A stretch of 64,000 nucleotides of DNA from Epiperipatus broadwayi (GCA_028023455.1 JAQFVV010000003.1:19964001-20028000); one strand, 5' to 3'; shown: positions 11,768 to 26,400, counted from the first letter of the stretch. A program made the numbers and translations. Notes: generated from the sequence alone by a model not told the origin.

Positions 11768-14405
11768 TATAACAGACGGAATGAATACCACTTGGATATA
11801 TTGATCAGGTTCAACAATCAGCTGGTTCGATCACAATGTATGACCAACTTATACAATTTATGTGATGGTACACCTATCTATCGAGCCCCAAAGTTGATGG
11901 CGCCAGATATAACGGACGGAATGATAACCACTAGCCCCAAACGTTGCTAACACCAGTATAATGGGCAGTACTCTTTATCAACAGTCATAAACTAACCAAG
12001 CCCAATGATGGTGCACCAGATGTAATGGATGGTCAACTAACTTGCAGACTGTAATACTATGCAGATGTAGCAATCTGGTGTGGGATAAGTTAACATGCTC
12101 TAATTTATTGCCCCTAATGAAACAATCTGCAGAGACCTACCAGGCTTAGAAAGGAAAAAAGTTGCATCCAACTATGTTCAGACTGTGGGTCTTCTAATAG
12201 AATACTAATGAGAACCTGATGAAATGCTTAACCAATGATTGCATACACTTTAATTGACTAACTCTATCCATATTTAATAATAATAAATGCAATTTAGGTT
12301 AGTTCATCCACTTTCCCCCTTTTAAATTCCGTTATGCCCTAATATTCAAACCCAGAGAGAACAGGGATGAACAGATACACACAGCAACTCCTGCACCTAT
12401 ATATAGGTTACAACTAGCATTTATTATATTTGTTTTATTTTCACGCTTTTATATGATAAGAAAAATAGATGTGTGTGCATGCATAATTATTTATAAACTG
12501 TGGAATGTCAGGACAACTCAATAAACCAGAGACCGGAATAATACAAACTCTTAAACATTTATTAACAATAATAAATATCAAATATAACAACAAAAATAAA
12601 AAAATAATCATATGTACATGTGTCACATGTGAACCCCTACAATTTTACTAATTAATGATTATTATAATCCAACCCTTATACCCCATGGTAGAAATCCACC
12701 TATGTCACTCATTCTCTACAAATCATAATTATATAGAAAAATAAACTTTAGTTATTTAAGATAATTGAAATACTGGCTAGCTAAATTATATATTTGCAGA
12801 TGTTAACAACCTATTTAACAAGTTCCCCAATTTATATATATAAGAGACAGATACTAGTTGATTAGTCAAACATACTGGAAAATATATGTACAAGGTTAAT
12901 CACAAAATAAAACATATAATATGTATTCTGTATAAGTGTTGTAATTTAACCTATGAAAATAAATTTAGAGAATCTTACCTTAATATTTATGTGGGTAAAC
13001 TGATGTGAAGCAGGTGGGTTAACCTAAATTTTATTTACAATGAAAATATAAAAATATCAAACTGAATAATCCCCCTTTTTCTTCTTTGCTAATTCTAAAA
13101 GATGAGGCTTCAGCATCAGTGTGTGAAAATACAACAGATAACAAGACTTAAAAAAAAAAAAAATTACAATATTGATTCTTTGATTAAAAAAAATTGTAAT
13201 TGGAACAAAGTTCATAAAAACCATCATAATAGAAGTAGTAGTAGTTGATAGTTAGGCAAGTTGTTCTTCAAAACAGTTTCACTTAGTAAATCATTTTCCT
13301 TAGCAAGGATAGATAGGTACAATGGTGTCTCCTGTAGTTGTGTTTAATGGTAAACACCTTGATCCTCATTTGATTCACCATAAAGTATTTCAATCCTTGT
13401 TTACTTTGGACTGCAGGCATCTTCTTGTGTGTTTACAATAAAGTAGAAATATATATATATATAGGTTTAATGCAGCTGGTAGGAAATACCATGACGCACA
13501 ATAGCATGTTTTGCTCTAGCCCATATTCATATTAAAGTACAATTCAATAATTATTTATCATCATATATTTGTATTGAATAGTATTGAAGCGTTTTACATA
13601 TATATTAAGAAAATTATTTCATTTTTTTTTTCTTTTCCAATTTTCAGCAGACTTAATTCTCGTTATTCTTTTTGAAAATTCAAATTTACTCCAACAACTT
13701 TTAAAACACGATTTAATTATTTAAGAATTTATCAATTATTCTTACTTCTTATTTCACGTTCTTTCCTCTGAATTTGGTAAACTTTTAGTTACAGCATTTG
13801 ACTTTTAAAATGTTTATAATTTAACTAAAAGAAAAAGCAAACTCCATTTTAGCGTTCTAAATTTTAGTTTAAATTACTGTCTATTGTTATAGCTGTTATC
13901 TCTCTTAACAAGAAAAACTATTTTACAAAAATTTCTATTTTTATATAAAACGCTGAGAATCTATCTGAAACGCTGATATTTTAAACTGCCTATTGTTTAA
14001 ATTCATTTAGATTTTTATATGTATTGTTTAAATACATTTCATTTATTACAAATAAAAAAATAATAATAATAAAATCAGTTTTATTTTCACACATGCCCAC
14101 CACAACTTAACTTCAGGCTATCCCAAAATCATTTAACTATAAATTAATATTCAATTTTAAATTAAAATATATATACATTACAGTTTATTTAATCAAATAG
14201 TTTATATATATATACAATATTACTTTGTAAAATATTGATCGTATTTTATTTTATAATAAAATAATCTATTGTGCATTATATGTATATATGTAATAAATAA
14301 TAAACAAATAATCCTCCCATTATTAATATAAATTCCAAATGGATTGGGTTCACTAACTAGGCTTGACCCTTTTAGGAATGTGTGCATTGTAAGCTACCCT
14401 TTACA
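11768..14405 (-). mobile_element. Solo LTR, 2638 bp, antisense to host LTR
   Basis: CTAC TSD at 11764-11767 and 14406-14409; absent from the 5' LTR (~1905). On the minus strand it starts TGTAAAGGGTAGCTTACAA (like host LTR start TGTAAGGGTCACTTACAA) and ends CTGTTATA. Confidence 0.8.
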
Positions 14406-16210
14406 CTACATATTGTTTAAATTACATACACATATTTTTTTTACTCTGATTTATCAAAATCATTACATTTTAGCATAATTACATATTATTTAAATTATAT
14501 GCACACACACATTTTTTTTCCTTATATCATAATATTTTAGCAAAATTGGTTGGAAAATCATTAATTCATTGCACTTATATAGAAACGAGGTGATTGCTAT
14601 GTATGTAAATTCACCCCTGAAGAGAGTCAACCGCAACTTCTCCCTGAGTTTGAAATCTGTAGTGTAATGGAAATGGGTGATGGTCTAAATGGTATTCAGA
14701 TTTAATGTGTAATTATTTGAGCTAGCCATTGGAGATGGATGCAATCATTGATCAGGCTCTTCATTGTATCCTTCACAACACCCTACAGGAAGACTCTAGA
14801 TCTGACTGTAGTAAGATGTGACTCCCTCTTCCCATGCAAAAACCGGACTGTTACAATATATAATGAAAAAAACTAAAAAGTTTTCCAAACATCAATGATC
14901 TATTTCCTTCTTAACTTAGTTTATATTAGAATGTGATTCAAATCTACAGAACCTGCAGGGTATCCATATTTTAAATCACGTTTCTACTTTTAATCAATAG
15001 AATTTTTTTAGCCCAAGCTATTTTCCATGTATAAATTCCCAGCCTGTAATTCTTAAAATTAATTTTTTCTACAAAAATCTATTAATTTTTCTTCTCTAAC
15101 ATTATTTACTCCTATTCCTAATATGCTACAATCTTACACCCCCACCCCCCAAACCACCTACCCATCCACATATCTCACAATTATTTCTGCATTCTTTTTG
15201 TATTTTCTCTACTTCAACACAGTCAATATTATTTCTAGTTGGCAAATACAATAAAAAAACATCACACCTTTTATAATAACTTTCAACTTTAGAAGAAAAA
15301 TCAAAGTTAGAAAGATAAAAAAAAAAAGTTAAAAAAAAAAAGATATGAAATCAGAATTGCTATGCACATTATTAAAAAATGGAAATGTTGCACAAACACA
15401 TAATTCTAGTACAAAAATAAGCTGATGGCATCAGAGACTCATATAAATCAGTACATATAATGAATTAAATGATTGAAGTTCTAAATATTTGTAGACATAT
15501 ACACTGTATAAGCTATATTGTGAAACAATGAAAGCTCATTATTCAAAACAAAGATTTGTTGTATAATTAATTAATATATCTCAATATCCTATCAGTACTA
15601 TATGGAGAATTCTAAAAGTAATGGTTCTCAATGTTCCAAGACATATGCATTGATAATGAGTTTGTATAAAAATAAGTAAGTCAATTAAATATCAGAAAGA
15701 AAAACTCAAGCCCGATTTGTGCCTTAAAAAAGTAATATTTTATTAGTATCATTTTGAACCCAGGTCATGTTCATGCTATTGCTGCACTACAATATGAACA
15801 TATATATATATAATGCTAAATACAATTGTTTTTTAAAATAGTAAATACTGTTATAGTAAATAATACTCCATTTTAATATTAGACAATACAGTAACAAGAA
15901 AGTAATTTCACTTTCCTATTGGTTTTCTTTGTATACAAAGAAAATTATCCTAATATTTAAGTTAGACAGTGTGAATATTATATTTACTTCATCTGCTTTA
16001 AGTATTAGAACAATCTTCTTTATATATAAAGAGAACTAGTAGAAAAGCAGAATCATTTCCTGTTATTGTACTATCGAATATATAAATGAGAGTATAATTT
16101 ATAATAACCATTTACTATTTTTAAAAAATGATTGTATTTAATGTTATATATATATTTAAAACAACAAAAACTTATTATTTCAATAAATAAAATACAGTAA
16201 ATATATTTTT

Positions 16211-16368
16211 ATATAAGGGATTTGAAAATAGACTTTCAAGCTCTCTTCAGCTATCTGCTCTATTGATACACATGTGAAAAAGATAATGTGTGGTCATGTG
16301 TATCGATTATATGAGAAGGGGCAGATAGCTGAAGAAAGCCTGAAAGTCTGTGTTCAAATCTCTTATAT
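16211..16368. repeat. Short inverted repeat made of the 3' part of the hammerhead-bearing family
   Basis: ~50 bp arms (atataagggatttgaaaatagactttcaag... / ...ctgaaagtctgtgttcaaatctcttatat); similar to 56385-56480 and ~62620-62670. Confidence 0.75.
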
Positions 16369-18287
16369 AATTACATCTAAAACTCTAAGCATTTATTAAT
16401 TATATTTGTATTCAATCAATAGTAATATAAATAGAATTAGTTTTCAAACTACTTTTTTATTCTCAATATGTGCCATATGAATTTAAAAATTCATCAAATA
16501 ATATAAAAAAACCAACAACATAATTCTAACTTTGTTTTAATATATTGTGTTTTCAAATATAATTATTTTAACTTTATCAAAATCAATTAAATGAATCATC
16601 TCCCCAAAATATTTAAAAAATCCATTATTTATGTCTTTCAAAATGCACTATCCCTTCATGGTTTTGTACATTGGCAGAAAGTCAGATTTTGAAATATAAG
16701 AGATTTAGATTGATTCCAGACCTGGTACTTCTGATGAGCCAACTACTTATGAACTCCCAAGTAACAAAGCAATTCTTTATTTCTTTAAGACGCATTCATG
16801 TTCTTTGTTAAAACTGACTTAAGAGTACCATTACAACAAAGAATGCATAATCTGTTTTTTTTAAAAACCTAGCCATCACAAGATTCATAATATAATACTG
16901 ATACTAATACATATCAACGTAAAAATATTTAGATATCTCATAAACATATGAATCAACCATTCCAGGCATAAAACATATGAAATGACCTAAGGCTAAATAT
17001 TCTGAAAAATATTTAAACAAAATATTCAATTTATATAATAATATTAAAATTTCATAAATTCTTCTTTTTTTTAAACTAAGCTACAAATAATAAAGAATAG
17101 CATCAATCATCATCCTTAGCAGTCACTTATAAACAAATATAGTCATCCCAACTTGAGAAGAAAAAAAAGTTTGAATTGTCATGAGTGTAATTAAAAGATG
17201 GAAATGTAATTACATAAAAAACACAATCCCACTTGTCACATTTTCATATGATCAATAATATGAGAGTAAGAGCCCTATGGTAATGTAAAATGATGAAAAT
17301 AATATGATAAAAGAAAATGAAGGGAGAAATAATCATGATTAATTTATTAATAAATATTTGTAATAATTATTATTGAATTAATTTAAGAAAATTTTCATTC
17401 ATCCTTCATTCAATCATATATATTATACATATGATTTAAAAATTAAATAATCAAATTTCAGTAAAATAATAAGAACAAAGATGTGAGAATGCAAACAATG
17501 GCATACAAAAACTTTCTATTATTGTAATCTATAATAAGACAAATATTTAATACAGGATAACTACATTAAATATCATATTTTTATATTTATTTTAAGAATC
17601 ACACATATATTAATTTATTTACTGTTTTGTGTTTATTTGTATTTTTTAATATGCAAGTTTTCAAAATTAAATAAAAACTATTACTTAAACGATAATTCTT
17701 GCTATCATAAATATTTCAAGGATCATTGTATAATTTTGTTTCGATGTTTACAAATTGCCAGAAATAAAGGAAACTTGATTTTACTTAAGTTCTCAACTGT
17801 TATTCCTCTATTATATACATTGGTTTTTTATTTACCTCCCTCCTTTTTTTTTTTAAATCTCGATTTGTAGCAAATGATGAATTATCTGTTTGTCTATTCT
17901 TAATTTTCTATAAAACTAGCATTCTACTATAATAATTATAATGAACCTTTAAACAATTGATATAAATTACATTTTTCACAATAAAAAAATAATTGAACAA
18001 TTAGGGAGTTCACAATAAATATGAACACCAGAACCTGGGTCTGAAATCATAGATTTTGACCTCCAGATTCTATCACTCTACTATTGAGCCAAACAATGCA
18101 GAACAATATCACAATAATTTCAGTTTACATAATAATAAGATAATATAGAAATAGATCTTGTTAGTATTAAGCTGAAAAATTATGCTCATTATGATTACAA
18201 AGTAAATTTTAAGTAAATAATGGACAGTAAACATTTTTAAAATTAGTTTTATGCTTAATATGTAAATCTCAGAATATTAACTCTTTT

Positions 18288-19040
18288 CATAAAACTATGT
18301 AATTCATAAGCACCTTTTGACTTTGAGTTCAGATGAAAAGATATAAATTAATAAAAATAAATTAATTAATTGCATTGAGCCAGCTTTTGGCAAAACATTG
18401 CCAGAATCACAGTGCTGAATAAACTTATGTAGTATAGATAAGTTTATATAAATGATAGGATGTAATATGTAAATGAGGCACAATATGCAAATAAGGAAAT
18501 TAGATATTCCGTTTTTCAGACAATGGAACATATATTGATGGAATATAGATCCTTTACAATTACCCAAGCTACTTTGTACTTTCTTTTCCTACTGTCTCTT
18601 TCTGAGTAAATTATTCTAACATTGGAAGGAGAATAGAGCTAAAAGAAAAAGACTGAATACAGATCAATCTGTCGTGATCATGAATGTATCATGGGAATGT
18701 AAAAACAATTTGCTCAGAAGATGATAAAAAAAGAAATTACAAAGAGGCTTGGACAATTGCAAAGAATCCACATTCCATCAACAAGAAGGATTCATGTGTT
18801 CCATTGTCTGAAAAATGGAATGTCTATTTGCCTTATTTGTATGTGATGACTCATTTACATATTATATCATATCATTTATATAATCTTACCTGTACTGCAT
18901 AACTTTATTCAGCAGTATGATTCTAGCAGTGTTTTGCCGAAAGCTGGCTCAATGCAATTAATTAGTTTATGTTTATTAATTTATACCTTTTTATCGGAAC
19001 TCGAAAGTCAAGAGTGCTGAAAGAAATACACAGTTTTATG
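18288..19040. mobile_element. Penelope-like element 3' fragment forming a foldback (~335 bp arms, 72 bp spacer)
   Basis: 18288-18623 is the reverse complement of 18696-19040; spacer plus right arm encode the GIY-YIG endonuclease C-terminus. Confidence 0.8.
18660..18860 (+). pseudogene. Penelope-type GIY-YIG endonuclease C-terminal remnant
   Basis: NVKTICSEDDKKRNYKEAWTIAKNPHSINKKDSCVPLSEKWNVYL fits the PLE pattern NVKIL..E...KR..KEA..I......IN......LS..W. Confidence 0.7.
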
Positions 19041-22000
19041 TTTGTTCAATTATTTTGAAATTTTAAGTGTTTTAAAATTGTGCTTGCATAAAATGTGCTT
19101 TTATTTGATTATTCCCTAATTTCATATAAAACTAGTAGACTATTAGTATATTAAGAACTTTAAAAAAAACTGTTTAAAAATGTATAATATTGATATTAAT
19201 TGAGATTGAAAATAGGTATCAATATAAAAAGTTAATAGCTATTTAGAGATAGATCATTTTATCCAGAGATATATCTACTGCTACTAAATTAATAATATAG
19301 AGGGCTATTGTTTTGCCAAATTTATTGTATGGAACTGAGATATGAATCCCTAAGAAATAACACAAAAATGTATCTTTAAAAATATGCCACAAGTTTCTAA
19401 AAATATGATGGAAATATTAAAAAACCAATTGATATGTCCTTCAGCTTGTCAAATGTGATGGTATTGAATCCATTAAAGTAAGGGTACATTTTGGTGAACA
19501 GAGCTATAAAGTAAAGAAATATTAATTGACATCCTAAAAATTATTTTATGGTAAATTTTAGCACATATTTTTAATGACAGTCAAACCATATTCATATCAT
19601 AAAGATAATCCCAAAGATACTTTAAAGAATGACAATAATGAATGCTTTTAATTGAGAAGAAAAGACTGAAAATACATGCTTAATCAACAATGAAAAGAAC
19701 AGAGTGATATTTAAATTCTGAGCTCTGAAATTTCTTTCATGGATTGGTTTGTATAATAAAGATAAGTCATATTTAAACCTATTTATTTATTTAAAAATAA
19801 AATAATCTATTATTAAATAAATACCTGAGTTTTATTTAAGTATATAAACATTTGGATTTAGATTTGCTTGTTTTTAAAATATGTTTTTCACTTTATACAA
19901 AAAAAAGTTTTAAGTAACATTTTAAAAGAAGAAAATATAACCATCAAGAAAATTAAATGAAAAGGATATAATGGGGGGGGGGGGATTTAATCAATATTGG
20001 GGTTTTTTTTAAAAAAAAAACCTATCCTATATTGTGTTCTATGAATGACAAATATCCATGAAACTTTTAATGCTAGTCTTCAAAAAATTAAAAAAAAAAA
20101 AAGAACTTTTTTTTTAAAAAAGTAATACTTACATAAGTGAAAGATTATTAATATGAAATCCCTTATTGCAGGGCTTTTTAGAATTTGGTGAATTTTTTAA
20201 ATTTCAAGCAAAAAAAAAAAAAAAACAACAGTAAGTTTTTTATTGTAAACCCAAAGACTTATAAAATAGAAAAAATTGTTTTTTATTGCATTGTTTGTTT
20301 GCAAATTTATGTATACAAGTTAATTTATTCATTGAAAAATATTAAAGACCATTTTTGAAATTCCAGGTAATAAGATAATGATACTCTACCAATATTTACA
20401 GTAATCATTGATAATTATCAAATGAGTTTCACATTTTTATTAATAAATTTAATTTATTTTTAAAAAAAAAAAGAAAAAAAATTTAATCAAGAGAATCATG
20501 CTCATGATTTAGGATTCAAATCCAAATAAATCTTAGAATTTTTTTTTCTTATAACTTAAGACTTTTCAAACAAAATCATTTTTTACACAAAAACTCAGTT
20601 GACCTTCTAATACTGATGATACATGAAGGCTCTAACGCAATCAAGTTGAAATTATTTTATACTGATTCTATTATGAGACAATCTAATTCATTAAAGAATA
20701 TGTTGAATGCTTAGAAAATTAGTGGTGACAAAAAGAAGTCAATGGCAATGAAATAAATAGATGTTTTCATTATAATAATGAATGGACCTCTGAAAAGTCT
20801 GCAAAACCAAATAATCAAATAGATCATTCTATAGAAATTCTAATTGTATGACTGTCAAAAATTAATATCAATTTGATAGCACATAATAGTAATAATGTAG
20901 TTTGGTCAGATGAACATTCAGGCAATGACAATAAAATCTGACTGCAATATGATGCAGCTTTTATGGCAAATGAGAACTGCTAAATCCATGACTATCTTTA
21001 ATGATTTATTCTGATTGCAATAGTACAAATATGTATGTATATATTGTAATGCTAGTGAGATATATGTTATAAAATTCACATATATCTGCATTACATATTT
21101 CATAATTTAAAAATATATGATCAAATTTGTTTGAAAGAATGGTTAAAGAAATAATTATTTAAGAAGTAGTTTTAAAACTAGTTTTATAAAGGTAAAAGAT
21201 TGCATTATATTGTGCCTTTACAATGAATAAAGCTTTTTATTAAAAACAAAGTGGGGGGAAAAATATTAGAAATAAAATCTTAAAAATCACTAACCTTTTT
21301 ATAAATAAAAAAAAATAAGTTAAAAGAATAAATATCTAAAAATAAATCTTATGAAAAATCTAAAATAAAAAAAGATTAATTAATTAGTGAAGGTAACTTT
21401 TGGAATGCCAGTAAGATTTCTGATAGATAATAAAATGGAAACCAATAATTGTAATAATTAAAAACTATGTAAACTATCTCTTCAGTATAAAGTGATGAGA
21501 TAATAGATTAAGCTAGCAAAAAGATTAGATTTAAAAAAATGTAAAAATCAATTACATGGAAGAAATGTGTAAAATTTAATTTAAAAAAAAAGATTTAGAG
21601 TATGATAAAAATTAAATCTATGATAAGAAAAAGAACAATGGGAGAGAAAAAATATAAAAGGTCACAACTGTCTATTGTTATTCACTCCAGTCTTCAATCT
21701 GTTAGATCATTCATTTTGCAATTGATGCATTACATTATTCATTGCTCCAGAGATTCAGAAAATCTAAGAACAAAATAGAACCATTCATTACTGCTACAGA
21801 AAATACCATTGCAGAAGCTACATACTAGCAACATGCATTGCTAGACCACTTAAGAAGTGTTTAACTGGGCTTCAGGCCCCAAAGTCCTTGACAAAATCGA
21901 TTGTCCCTGCCTAAACTGTCACTTGAAACTGATGCCAAAATGGTGAAATAGATGCTGCTGCTACTCTTTTCCCCCATTGTCAAGCCCTGAAACTATTGAT

Positions 22001-22272
22001 GGAGACCAAAAAGCCAACCAGTTGGAAAATAACACTAATAAAAACCAAGTGAACAGTATCATCTTAATCTCATGAAAACCTAGGTAAATATATTTTCTAA
22101 CAAAGGACAATTATGAAATTTAGCCTGACTAATCATTTATATTTGTCTATGTAAATTTTCATGTTATATTAAATATGTGTGCATAAATAAATACTAATGT
22201 TTGCTTAATTATTGTTTGATCTATTTTCTCTCTCTCCCTTGTCACTGCATCACTACTTAGTTAAAGATATAA

Positions 22273-22594
22273 ATGTTTATATGCATTAGGTTAATGTGCT
22301 AAACTACCTTATTAAGAGTAGGAGCTAGCCTAAGATAAGCGCTGGTTGATGTGTCTATCATCTGAGCATGCCGGACATATAACATATATTCAGCTGGTGC
22401 CTGAGTTTGAACCTCAAACCAAATAAAATACTTCGGATGGCAGAGTTTTTGTTCCAGCAATCGAGGTGGATCACAGTCAAGGAATGTGGTCATGTTATGC
22501 TTTGTATAGCCTGATCTGGCTATAGGTATCGTTGATGGTCATGCTATCAATGGTATTTCCCCCTCTGCTTAAAGTGCTGGTCCATTCCCATGTT
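22273..22594. mobile_element. Unclassified GC-richer 322 bp insertion with 12 bp flanking direct repeat
   Basis: TTAAAGATATAA at 22261-22272 and 22595-22606; B-box-like GGTTCAAACTC on the minus strand. Confidence 0.45.
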
Positions 22595-25500
22595 TTAAAG
22601 ATATAACTGAAGAATAGAAAATGTAAATGATAATGAAAGAAAGGTCTTACAATAAATAATGAAATGATAAACATAAAAAATATTATTAAATAAATAATAT
22701 TCCGATAATAATAAAATACTGCTGTATCAAGAATAAACTAATGCCTGTTAAAATGAATAAATACAAGTGCTGTCAAAGTTGTCCAAAAATTTATAAAAGT
22801 AGTTAGGAAGATATTGTCTAATAAATAATATTAGTATTGAAATATAAAATAATAATTACCCAGAGAGATATGTAATAAAACTATTAAAGTTTAGATATTA
22901 AAACTTATTAAAACTTAGTTAAATCCAAAAGATATTAAAAGGTTATGTTTAAAAGTATTTAAACCCAGCAAGACTAGAGCTTATTCAGAGGGATCCGGTT
23001 CAATATATTCTTGCACAAAAATTAAGAATATATTTATAAAGTGAAATATCCATAACTGACCACAATAAATACAAGAGGAAAAGTTAGTGGTAAAAAAGAG
23101 CAGGATTACTGCAAGGGTAAGAGATGCTTTTGTGCAAGTTAAATTCTAGAATCTCCAGTCCCCTAAAATAAAATTTGTAAATTAAAACAAAATGCGTTCT
23201 ATACAATTTGTTTAACAAATGATATAGAAACAATAGTACAATAAAAAATTATAATTATTTACATTTTTATCATTTTATTTACATAATAACTCTCCTGACT
23301 TTAGCACTATAAAATACTTTCTGAAAATGTTCTATGTGATCAACATGTTAATTAGTTTGTTAAAAATAATTCTTGTTTGTTACTTTTATTTTCATTTGGA
23401 ATTTTTCATGCATAACTTGTTTACATTTTCTATTAACAAAATTAGCTTCTCAAATATTCATTCAATAACAGAACATTTACACTTCTTCATGATTTAATTT
23501 TTAATATGTTCATTATTTTGGTATTATAATTTAGTCATAATACTATACATTATTATATACACATTATACAGTCTGATATCTAGAGGTTACAATAAATTTA
23601 CTTAAAGAAATTAGCACATATATTTTTTACAAATTCTATTTTCTTTGGAATTAGGTTGTCATGTACATGAGTAATATTATGCATCAATTATGAGTTTTTA
23701 GCTAGGTAACAACTTCCATGACAATCCAAATCCAAGGAAAAACAGATTCTTAAAATATATTGGTAGCAAAAAAAAAAAAGAAAAGATAATAATATTTAAA
23801 GAAAAAAATAATATCATCATTAAAATTTTTTTTTAGAGAAACACCAGTATCAATCCTGATAATTCATATTTCACAGTCTGATACAATATCATTATGTTAT
23901 ATTGACACACTATACAAGTACTTATAAAATATAATTGATGAATTTATTTACCTTCTGAATGACTATTGTCTGATATATAGTAAAATTATCATAATTAACA
24001 TGAGACAATATTTTTTAAATAAGTTTATTTTAAAATAAATTATTAATAGTAATGGGTCATTTATAAATTAGGATATTTAAATAAAAGTGATTAAAAAATT
24101 GAAACATTTTCATATTTATATAAATTTTAATAATTATTGCAATGATATGATGCTGATCTGTTTTATTTAGCACAATTGAAAAGCATATATGTAATATGTT
24201 TTGAATAATTGTCACAAGACTAATAAGTAAATAAATAATCGTCTTATATTTGAATAAAAAATATTTACAATTGGAATGTGTTTCTAACAATGAAGCGATT
24301 CAGAAATCTAAATATTTTCATTTACATATAAATTTTATTAATTATTGCAACAACATGGTATCCTCATTGATAAAGTGCCTTTTTGTCCTGCATAATCTGC
24401 ACATTCACATGTGGCTGCCATGAAAAAAATATCCAGCAACAATGACTTAAGTGGATTCCATAATCACAATTAAGAGTCCAAAAATCAAGCATATGCTAAG
24501 TCAATCTGATTTCTAGTAATCAATGTTAACTTGATGACATCTAATAATAATAAAATGAGCACCCAGGCATTAGCTACAAAACTTGATTAATATGATCATT
24601 GAAAATAGAAATGACATGCTATTTAGGTATTGAGTCCATGGTTTACTTTTTAAGTATTTTATTTTAATAATAGTATTGAGAATTGATATCATACACCACA
24701 TATACATAAATTAAGATTATAGATCACACCATATATTTACAAATTTAAATATCCATAAGTGAACATGATATATAGTAAATATGAAGAGAATTGATTACAC
24801 AAACAGATATAAAACTTAATTGAAAAAAAAATGTAAGAAGAGAATGCCTACACCTTACAAATATATAATAATACAGTTAACAAAATTTCTATTTTAATGA
24901 ACATATTTATTTTCTTTTTTAATACAAGAAATATGATACTAAAACTACTTTTATACCAAGAGACAGATCAGAATTAATGTATTTTAAAGCAGACAAAAAT
25001 ATTTAAATAGTAATCTTTGAAATAAATATTGTATATATGACAGGTTTTCTTAAAATGTTTGAATATTTGATTATATATAAATCAGAAGATACAACTTAGT
25101 TACAGAAATTCTGAAATAATCTTTATATAATTAGAATTCTGTTATTATAATAAATTAATTTAGCTATTTTGATACAGACAGATTAACAAAAATCAAATTA
25201 AGAATAATAGATCTATCTAAAATTGGCAAGCCCTACTGACAGCAAGTGCAGAACCAATACATATCTAATTTTAAAAACTGTAATGAGCAGATTGAAAAAT
25301 ATCTTTTAAAAAAAACATCTTACAAATTGTTATAAATATAATTTCTCCACCACTAACTATAAATTGCTATAAACCTCATGACAAGCAGTAAACATGACCA
25401 TCACAGATGGCTAGTTTATAGAATGTGGTCAATAAATCCAATAGTTCTGAATGAAAAACTTTTCACACAATAAAAATGGTGATATGAAAATGCCCCAAGC

Positions 25501-26039
25501 TTGTAATCATCATCATATAAAAATATGTCATCCATAACATTCTTATTTTACATTTAAAAATAATTATTATCAGTAAAAATATATATTTAAAAAATTTCTC
25601 TCAAATCAAATGAATGTTAGCCTTGAACCATTTAGTAACAGATTTGAAAACTAAAATTTTCTAAATCAAATCAAAGTTAATATATATCAGTTTGGTATTC
25701 AAAGATCACACAATTTCCTGAACAACTCATGGCATGTCTTTTTTTTTTTTAATATAACAAATATTTGCAAATATGATAAATGATCTCCATAAATGGATCT
25801 GTTGGCAAACACACACTGTGACCAAACTATGATGAAGATTCACTAAAAATGCATAATGCACTGTTAAAATTAAAATCCTAAAGTAAAGATGATAGCAAAC
25901 AATGGCAAGCTAGTCATAATAGTGTAATACTTAGTTATTTAATCTCCTATAGGCAGAAAATTTAACACACTTTTTAAAAAAAGCATTTGATTATTGTCAG
26001 TGATGCTCATTTAACTTTTAAAAATAATTATCATCATCA

Positions 26040-26400
26040 TTAGACATTTTCTTTTTCCTTTTAAGGGCCATTCAAACTACTATTCATAATTCTTTTCTGA
26101 GGACATGGGTATGCAAGCCAATTCCTCTTCCATTTGTTGATCTTTTCAATAAATATTCATTTTCATCCATTTTCTGCAAAATTTCTAAATTCTGACCATA
26201 ATCATCCAACAATATTACCTATCCTTATTTTCTTTCAAACTCAGATTTTAAAATCCTGCTATCTTTTTTACTCTTATTATTAAATCAATTAATTTTCAGC
26301 ATCCAATAAAGCTACACTCCCAATATAAATATCTAACAAGACTTTTTTTAAAATATTAATTCCACATTCAGTGATCATATAAACAATAATTCCCCTTTAG
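26040..26400 (-). mobile_element. Highly decayed RTE-like LINE 3' fragment
   Basis: Minus-strand translation fragments KKVLLDIYIGSVALLDAEN resemble RTE ...CYIWSVALYGAETW...; GAT-type tail near 26035. Confidence 0.45.

Larger units (their letters stand above)
6885..14855 (+). mobile_element. 3' LTR of element A, expanded to ~8 kb by four nested insertions
   Basis: Starts TGTAAGGG, ends CTGTTACA at 14855. Segments 6905-7115, 9224-9396, 10130-11767 and 14406-14855 match the 5' LTR in order. Confidence 0.85.

Noticed and set aside
12216-20619. Isolated CTGATGA matches at 12216, 16731 and 20613
   Set aside because: No stem II-GAAA-stem III-NUH architecture follows.
21660-22085. GC-richer block ending in AG|GTAAAT, possible exon
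   Set aside because: Stops in all plus frames examined and no recognisable protein.
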